From NCBI RefSeq assembly GCF_011386835.1, contig NC_088793.1, positions 84,754,001 to 84,818,000 on the forward strand: DNA of 64,000 nucleotides, read 5' to 3'. Positions 56,901-64,000 of this stretch are shown piece by piece. The notes below the pieces were generated by a model. That model was not told the origin of the DNA and did no database searches. It was given only the letters and a program-made list of their open reading frames with translations. Numbering within the stretch: position 1 is the first letter of the stretch; every line of letters begins with the position of its first letter. The position numbers were made by a program, and so were the translations under genes. The DNA comes from Chrysemys picta bellii (lineage: Eukaryota).

Positions 56901-59644
56901 GCTTATTGAAACTATAGAGCACTGTTGAGGAAATACAGCTCTGTTATCAAGAATCATATTGTCATCAATACAGAAAAAATTGTCTTTCGTTCTTATCATT
57001 ACACAATTCTGAGGAATCAAGTGGAGGCTCCCTGCCTGCCGTGGCCCCACGCCGCTCCCAGAAGCGGCCAGCATGTTTCGCGGCCCCTGGGAGGGGGCAG
57101 GCGGTCTCCGTGTGCTGCTCCTCCCTGAGCACTGACTCTGCAGTTCCCATTGGCCTAGGAGCCTTAGGGAAGGTGTGGGGCAGGGGGTGGGGCAAGGGTG
57201 TTTGGGTTTGTGCGATTAGAAAGTTGGCAACCCTATGTGAGTTCCGGGATCGGGGTAACCGCCCGGCTCCCAGGGTCGCTGGCCCACAGGGCGGGGGGGT
57301 GGGGTCCAGGCTGCCACACTGGTTTAGATAAATAATTTGTGCATTGTACTTTGGAGAAATGAAACATTACCCCTGACCTTTAAAAAGGCCTACAATTAGA
57401 ACTCTTACTCAAGGAAAAGAGACAGATAATGTTAGAGTCAGTTAAGTATCAGTTTCACTGACACTAATAACTCTTTTGTGGGTGAATAATAAAATCCAGT
57501 AGCAAGGCTAGCAAATACAGTTTTTGGTAGTTACTTTCAGCAGTACTCAGATATTATTTTGATGAGGGACATAAGAGTACTTAAATCGATACTTGAGAGA
57601 GATAAGATTTACGTGGATAAAATCATCACTCTTTGTTAGCATTGCTACCTGTCAGTGCTTTCCTTGTCTATCAGTGCTCTTCTAAAAAGCTCCTTTGCAT
57701 CCACTTGTAACTCAAAGATTTTCACTGGAATTATTCTCATTGCTTCCAAGATGCTTACTTGTTTTCTTGTTACAGGATACCCATCAATAACAACTCTGTG
57801 TGAAAACAGAAACATGAATACAGGTTTAAAAAAACCTGTCAGTTCCTAATTTACCATTAAGACTAAACAGTAAATAGCAAGAACATATTTTTAATTACAG
57901 CAAAAAAAGATACCAAGGGTGTGGTCCTACCCCCTCAAGTCAGTGCATGAGAGATTTGCTATTATTAATAACAATTAGCAGCAGTATTAGAGTACTGTCC
58001 AGAGACCCCAATCAAGATCCAAGTCCCATTGAGTGAGGGGTTGTACAAACCTATAGGAAGACACCCTCCATCCCAGAGTTTACAATAAAACGTAATACAA
58101 AATATAAGAAATTGGAGGGAGTGGAGGAGGTAGGCCAAGCATAAAAGTGTAGGAACACATGGTTACATAGCCTGGTGACGTGCACAACTTAACAGTTCAG
58201 AGTCATTTAAAGTTGGAGTTTTAAATGATGAGATCTTATCTATTTATTTATAGCGATCCACAATCCCCACTGGTCCTCTACATAATTAGCAATTTGACTG
58301 GAGCAGGATTAGGTTCCAAAGAGATAACATCTAAATCAACAACTGCTACCTTAACTCAAGGTCTGCCTAATCTATATTAGGCATTGGTGGGCCAAGATAC
58401 ACCAAAACATTCCAACACCTTCACATCAAAGGAAGCTTATGCAATCCTGATCTCAAAGCTCAACACTGCATGTCAGCGATCAATTAGGTGTTGTCCTGTC
58501 CTGTGAGAATCACCCTTCTTTGGGAGAGGAGCTGGAGCTTGCGGGAGAGATAAAGAAGTAGGATGATTCTTAACTTTGGTCAGTTTGGCAGGCAGTTCCA
58601 TTCTGGGGACAGCCTACTAGAAATTTGGATTCCATAGAGGTTAGGGGACAGAAGACAGATTTTATTTGCTGGCTGTTCCTAAAAAAACAAAATGGGAGCA
58701 CTGAACTGTCAGTCTGCAATACCAGAGAGAAAAAAACTTGTGCAAGGGCAGAACAGGTACAGCGGAGTCCCAGAGCTCTATGGATAAGTCTGAGGGTACG
58801 TCCAGACTACCCGCCGTATTGGTGGGTAGCGATCAATTTATCGGGGATCGATATATCACATCTCGTTAAGACGTGATATATCAATCCCCGAACTCACTCC
58901 CCGTCAACTCCAGAACTCCACCGGAGCGAGTGGCGGTAGCGGAGTCGATGGGGGAGCCGTGGCCGTCGATCCCGCGCCGTGAGGACAGGAGGTAAGTAGG
59001 AATAAGATATGTCGACTTCAGCTACAGTAGCTGAAGTTGCGTTTCTTACATCAACACCCCCCTCCCCCAGTGTAGACCAGGCCTTGGTTGCCACTGGTAT
59101 TTGTAGTAAGAGGTGCAATCCACATGTCTCAGACTGGGGGAGACATCAAAATTGAGAAAGAAACAGGAATTTTCAGTGTACAATGAAATACTGTCATTTT
59201 GGTTGAAAAAATATCTTTCAGAAAATGTGAAATATTAAAGGTAAAGGAGGAAAGTGAAATATTCTTACTTGAGAATTGTAGAAAATCATGCTGTGGACAG
59301 GACCAAAGTGTAACTTCTTAACAGACAAATGTTTGGTTCCATTGACACGTTTTAGTGAAACCACTTGTTTCATTATGGTTATTCAAATCAATCCTTATGA
59401 AAAGAATGTTATCTTACAAAAACAGACAGACAAACCTCTTACCCAGCAGTGCTGCACACATGATCCATCAGAGCCACTTCTAGAGCCTGGATGGCCAGTT
59501 CATCAGGTGCAGTCAGTCCTTTATGAAGATGCCACTTTAACATAAGTGCCAACTCACTCTCTGGCTGATTGTTTAACACTAGTCGTATAGCGTCTCCCAC
59601 AGATAAGCGCATTAACCCATAGACACTTGCAAACTTCTTAGCAA
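41772..59644 (-). CDS. AK9: AK9 adenylate kinase 9, last nine coding exons (5' part outside the window)
   Basis: Exons 59443-59644, 57649-57795, 56529-56749, 51986-52182, 51529-51698, 49280-49378, 49098-49200, 47697-47811, 41772-41974 join in frame: [46 protein letters not shown], stop TAG. Confidence 0.95.
43820..45530 (-). mobile_element. Internally deleted DIRS element retaining ITRs and ICR
   Basis: ORF1 remnant ([19 protein letters not shown]...FKPRMKKDR) joined to the tyrosine recombinase C-terminus ([28 protein letters not shown]); inverted termini; complementary region 44050-44155. Confidence 0.8.
46635..47097. mobile_element. hAT-type MITE, TAAGG termini
   Basis: taagggtaa / agcctta; shares tatttttagtaaaagtca and aagtcacgga with 50036-50617. 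Confidence 0.7.
47697..47811 (-). CDS. AK9: AK9 exon ([24 protein letters not shown]...HLK)
   Basis: 115 bp, ttcag| and G|gtatgg. Confidence 0.94.
49098..49200 (-). CDS. AK9: AK9 exon ([16 protein letters not shown]...GYLEQ)
   Basis: 103 bp, tcttag| acceptor, CAG|gctagt GC donor. Confidence 0.91.
49280..49378 (-). CDS. AK9: AK9 exon ([15 protein letters not shown]...LQKFM)
   Basis: 99 bp, ttttgag| and AG|gtgaat. Confidence 0.92.
50036..50617. mobile_element. hAT-type MITE, TAAGG termini
   Basis: TIR taaggttaagatt / aatcttagcctta; 8-bp TSD TCTATTAT (50028-50035, 50618-50625). Confidence 0.85.
51529..51698 (-). CDS. AK9: AK9 exon ([12 protein letters not shown]...[12 protein letters not shown])
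   Basis: 170 bp, ctacag| and AG|gtaaat. Confidence 0.94.
51908..51981 (-). mobile_element. Penelope-like pLTR fragment with the 3' half of a hammerhead, abutting an AK9 donor
   Basis: About 70 nt nearly identical to 53316-53385 (2 mismatches). Confidence 0.8.
51986..52182 (-). CDS. AK9: AK9 exon ([15 protein letters not shown]...[12 protein letters not shown])
   Basis: 197 bp, gacag| and AAT|gtgcgt. Confidence 0.93.
53316..53505. mobile_element. Young Penelope-like mini-insertion made of inverted pLTR pieces
   Basis: Arms 53316-53381 and 53406-53471 are complementary at 65/66 nt; flanked by a TAGAATCAAT duplication (53306-53315, 53506-53515). Confidence 0.8.
53367..53406 (-). ncRNA. Minimal hammerhead ribozyme motif, U4C variant
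   Basis: Minus strand: GCAU-CCGAAGA-A-GUGGGC(UGUA)GUCCAC-GAAA-GCU-U-AUGC; all six stem II positions pair (one G-U). Confidence 0.65.
53943..54158. mobile_element. Penelope-like family B, inverted pair, degenerate
   Basis: Same motifs (agttggtccaat, ttgtctctctaatatcctgggacc) in both orientations. Confidence 0.65.
54965..55955 (-). mobile_element. CR1 LINE 3' portion
   Basis: Degenerate RT C-terminus [13 protein letters not shown] and [29 protein letters not shown]. Confidence 0.88.
56529..56749 (-). CDS. AK9: AK9 exon ([10 protein letters not shown]...YLERIRE)
   Basis: 221 bp, ttcag| and G|gtaaaa. Confidence 0.94.
57649..57795 (-). CDS. AK9: AK9 exon ([12 protein letters not shown]...KESTD)
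   Basis: 147 bp, cacag| and AG|gtagca. Confidence 0.93.
58794..59083. mobile_element. PIF/Harbinger-type MITE, same family as 3718-4013
   Basis: Co-linear similarity (ctccagaactccacc, cagctac...gtagctgaagttgcg) and the same termini. Confidence 0.8.
59443..59644 (-). CDS. AK9: AK9 exon ([20 protein letters not shown]...VCSTAG)
   Basis: 202 bp, tttcag| and GG|gtaaga. Confidence 0.94.
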
Positions 59645-59899
59645 CTGAAAAATATTTTGTTTTTAACACTCAGTTTTCACTTAGACATCAATGCAACACA
59701 ATGTTTTATTCACAAAATTCTGTTCATATTCCATAAAACTATGACTTTCATAACTTACATAAATGTAGTATGCTACTGGTATAGAGCCAAGACACAAGAC
59801 TTCTCAAAAAATGTATTGTAGGTCAAGCTTGTGCATGTATGCATAATTTAAAATGCATTAAAATCCAGACATTGACACTGAACCCCCAAAAGCAATGTC

Positions 59900-60830
59900 T
59901 GCATTACTAAAGCAGTCACTGCTTAGTATAGGGCCAGGATTGGAATAGTAGGTACAGGATGTTACTTCTTCTTGTGCTCCCAACCAAGGGCATAAGGGGT
60001 GGAGCAGGCTGACCACCTCTCCAGTTAGCTTTCTACCACAAATAGCCATAGGATAAGGCTCTGCAGCAGAGGGGAAGGAGGGTGGGTAGTGAAATACAGA
60101 TAGGAATCATACATCTCGAAGAAGTCCAGATACTGTACGAAGTAAGTAACTCTCTTTTCTTCTTTGCGTGATGGTCCCTATGGTATTCCATTTGAAGTGA
60201 CTCAAGCAATTTTCATTAAGGAGGAGGACACAAGGAACTCTGTTGTACCACAGAATGAAGGACCGCTCTGCCAAAGAGGCCTAAACCAAAGTGTAATGTC
60301 TCTCAAATGTATGAATGTAGCTCCACATTGCTGCTGTGCTGCACTGCAAATTTCTAGGAGAGGAACATTTCAAAATGAAGCTACCATTGCAGCCTGTGCT
60401 CTAGTCAAGCGAGCCTTCACGCCTTGAGGAGGAAGGGTCGCTATCAGCTCATAACACAGCAGGATGCAGCCCAATATCCATTTCAACAGTCTCTGTGAGG
60501 AGATAACTTCTCCTCTCATGCATTCAGCAAAGGAGACAAACAGTTTGGGACATTTTCTGAAGGATTTCATCCTCTGTAGATAGAAGGCTAAAGCGCAATG
60601 GACATCCAGAGTGTGGAGCTTTCTGTCCTCTCTGGTGGCCTGGAGCTTCAGATAGAAAACACATATGTGGATGACCTGGTTCAGATGGAATTCTGCAATT
60701 AATTTAGACATAAACTTAGGATGTAGCCTCAAGGAAACCTTATCCTTATGGAAGGCCGTATAGCCCCCAACTCACCTATACTTCTGGCTGAGGTGATAGC
60801 AACCAGCAATGCAACCTTCACAGACAAATG
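59900..60830 (-). mobile_element. DIRS 3' remnant (tyrosine recombinase C-terminus and ICR)
   Basis: ORF 60370..60732: RKLHTLDVHCALAFYLQRMKSFRKCPKLFVSF...SSQRL; ICR-like junction near 60110-60200. Confidence 0.8.
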
Positions 60831-60942
60831 AATGAATTAAATGAGTATGCCAGATTATCTTGGCTGGTTCTAAAATGGCCTCATTAATTGGCAGTGCCGC
60901 CTTACTGGTACCAACGTTCTGGTGGACATTCAGTAGCTTATG

Positions 60943-60994
60943 AGGTATATCCTATACTTCCTGCAGGTAGGTATATCCTATACTTCCTGCAGGT
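60943..60994. repeat. Perfect 26-bp tandem duplication
   Basis: aggtatatcctatacttcctgcaggt x2. Confidence 0.9.
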
Positions 60995-61149
60995 GGTCTG
61001 GAATGAATCTGAAATCCTTCTGAGGAGCTCCTGGGTCTGTAGTTATTAGATGGTGGCAGTGAGGCTGGTGCAACCATCCTATCTGGGGACAACAATGATA
61101 ACCCCACTGGGGCGAGCAATTCTTCCTGGTCAGGGTATTCCTCTTCCTT

Positions 61150-64000
61150 AGATTGCTTCTGAGGGGTTTGAGGATCTTCTCTGAAAGGGAAAGCCTGTCT
61201 TGACTCCTGGTGTGACCCCAGTAATGCCAGTGTGAAGAGTCATAGGGAAAATGAGGCAGTCTCCATGGAGAAGCGTACCGCTGGTCCTGAGTTGGGTAGT
61301 CCCTCCTATGAGCAAGGGAGGGGCACCATGAGATCTTGGAGCCTCTGTTGGGGCTGACCCCATGTCTTGATCGGGTGGTGAAGCTCTCCCACTGTATCCA
61401 AGCTCATTGGAGGAACAGAACATTTCTTACTGATAATTTCCTTTCTGCTAGCAGTGTCTCCCACAATTCCAGACATCTGGGCTACTCCCCCCCACACACA
61501 CTCTGCAGCTCACGCAGGTGAATCAAAGATTTGGCACATCCTGGCCATCTCTCTTTGCTCCTAGTTGCCACCAGCTGAGTTATTCCAAAGCTATGAAAAT
61601 GACTTATATAACAATATTAACAACAAATACTCCAGAGGTAACAAACTATGTACAGTAGACAAAATGGCCACATGATAATGATTCCACATAATATCTGACC
61701 TTTGGCCCTTGAGCCATGTAGCGTAGGTAGGATTGTGGAAGACACTGCTACCAGAAAGGAAATTATCAGCCCAGTATCTCCCACAATTTGGGACATATGG
61801 GAAGTAGCAAACAGTGAACAGATATAGAAAGAGTTATGGAAGACGTCACCAGGAGAAAGACAGAGAAGGTACCCCCACTTTGAAAGAATTGATCAAAGGG
61901 CAATATTATTTCTTAGCCACTGCCTGCAGCACCTTCTTGCCAAAGGAGGCCCCTGCGGATGACAGAAAGTCCACCCTATAGTGCATAATGAAGTGTTAGT
62001 TGTTGACCAAGTGCTCACTTTGCATATTTCCAAGGTGAATGCACTTGCTTGTTCTGCCCTCCACGAGGTTGCTAGGGCTCTTGTGGACTGCACTTTGATC
62101 CCTTCCAGAATAGGAAGGGCTTGTAAACCTCCACAATGAATAGCCTAATCCATCTAGCAGTGGACAATGTGGAAACTCATGAGTCCTTGGTATTTTTCAT
62201 GGAAGGACATGAATAGGACTCCTGACCTTCTCATGGATTTGAGGTAGAGAGCTCTCCGGACATCTAAGGTGTGTCACATTTTTTCAGTCCGATGCTATGG
62301 TCTTGGGCAGAACAAGGGAAGATCAACATCTTGGGAAGTGTGGAAGGAAGAGTTCATCTTAGCAAGAAATGATTCCAGACTTCTCGTGAATACATACTTT
62401 CATAAATAAGGCTACTAGCTCTGACACTTGACTGCTAGATGTGAGGCTATCAGAAAGCAAGTTTTGAAAGGCAGCTAGAATGCTGGCCCTGAAGTCAGAG
62501 GTTCAAAGGGATGACTTATCAAGGCTCTCAACATGGGTGGTAGGTCCCCTTTTGGGAAGAATGTTCTGTCCGCTGGCCTAGATAGCCAGACTGCTCTAAG
62601 AAATCTGGTTACCGGGGGGTTTCTGCTAGGGAGCCAGTGGATCCTACAAATGCTATGAAGAATAGACACTTGACGTGCTATGGTGCTGGGCTGAAGACAT
62701 CTATTGATTCCTTTTTGGAGAAAATCCAAAATGGTTGGATTCTGGATTTCTGGTATTGACACTGTGCTCTTGGCATCAGCTACTGAATCTGGACCAGATA
62801 GAGGAATATGCTTTGTGTCAATATTCTTCCAGACGAAAACAGTCTTTATGACTTTTGAGGACAGGCCCAGTGATACAAGTTCTTCTCTCTCAATAGCCAG
62901 GCTGCCAGTTGAAGCTAGGTCAGATCTGGGTGGAGAAAAAGGACCTTGTGAGAGAATGCCTGGTCCTGATGGAAGCTAAAATGGAGGCTCCATTTTCAGT
63001 AATATCAAGTCAGAAAACCAAGGTCTCCTGAGCCAATGGGGAGGTATCAGTATTTCTGTGGCCTGCTCTCACTTTATTTTCTGGACCAACTTCACTAGGA
63101 GTGGGTAGAGAGCATGGCCATCTGCAGCCATCTTTGTGATAAAGCATCTGGTCCCCATGGATCTGGGGTCCATCTCCCTGGTGAAGTATTTTGGTCTCTT
63201 TGTGTTCATATGATTTACAAACAGGTTGGCTGAAGGGTGGCCAAACATCTGAATAATGAGGTTGAAAACTTCCCGATTCAGGAACCAGTTAGAGTTGTTG
63301 ATCCTGCAACTGATGAGCCAGTCTGCCTTTTGGTTCAAGTCCTCTTTATGTGGATCCCACTGAGGGAAAGGAGAAGCTGCCCTGCCCACCTCATTATTTC
63401 CATTGCTTCCATGTGTAGTGTGGGCTCCTTGCTCCCCCTTAGTTGTTCACATATGCAACTGTGGTCGTGTTGTCAGACTGAACCAGGAAGCGGCTCTCCT
63501 CTAGACATGTCTGAAACAATTTTCCAGCCAGCTTGATGACTCTCAGCTCTAGAAAGTTTATGTTGTGAGCTATTTCTTCTATGCTCCAGAGGCCTGGCAT
63601 CAGTTGTAAGAAGTAGAGCATCTGGAAGACATACTGGCATGCCTCTGCAAATGTTGGCTTGGGCTGACCACCATTTTAGGGGGCTGAACCCTGGCACTGG
63701 AACCTGCACTTGATCTTTCATGTGTTCTGGGGAGTGGTCCCCACCTTTACAATAAAGGCTTGAAGACTCCTAATGTGTGATCGTGCCATAGAGTGATCCC
63801 TATACATGATGTGAGAAGTCCTAGCAATTGAAGACACAGTGCTACGGTAGGCCTCCTGCAGCTCTGGAACATGGTGATAAGATCCTGGGTTTTTCTAGAA
63901 GTTTAGAGTAATGGATAGATTTTTGTTATTGAGGTTTCTATGTCTACTCCCATAGTTATTCTGGTCGATGGAATCAAGTAACTTTTCTTGACTGATGATG
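61150..64000 (-). mobile_element. Degenerate DIRS element (RT/RNase H and tyrosine recombinase), truncated by the window
   Basis: LLTTDA, HINFLELR...VQSDNTTTVAYVN, ADWL (RNase H); LDFLQKG...PSTIARQVS...VTRFLR (recombinase N-terminus); inverted match between 61429-61447 and 61752-61770. Confidence 0.85.

Noticed and set aside
56862-57074. Extra AK9 exon
   Set aside because: The flanking exons already join in frame and the translation has no AK9-like motif.

Overview
Vertebrate genomic DNA, most likely a turtle (inferred from the tortoise-type tRNA/CR1 SINE and the CR1, DIRS, Penelope-like and MITE content). Three spliced genes lie in tandem on the minus strand. PPIL6: coding exons 1-7, 14703 down to the window edge, 3' end missing. 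ZBTB24: complete CDS 36869-28485, 730 aa, BTB + AT-hook + 8 C2H2 fingers, CpG-island promoter about 39250-40500. AK9: last nine coding exons, 59644-41772. Splice sites were read from the sequence and all phases join; two introns need GC donors. Introns and spacers hold CR1 fragments, SINEs, hAT/Harbinger/Tc1-mariner MITEs, a solo LTR, four DIRS remnants and short Penelope-like insertions carrying minimal hammerhead ribozyme motifs. The ribozyme elements are the most interesting signal: one with a canonical core sits between the AK9 poly(A) signals and the ZBTB24 promoter, one forms a young 66-bp hairpin, and a half-ribozyme abuts an AK9 5' splice site. Gene and repeat names come from recognition, not database searches; repeat boundaries without a TSD are approximate. 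Most short ORFs in the track are spurious.
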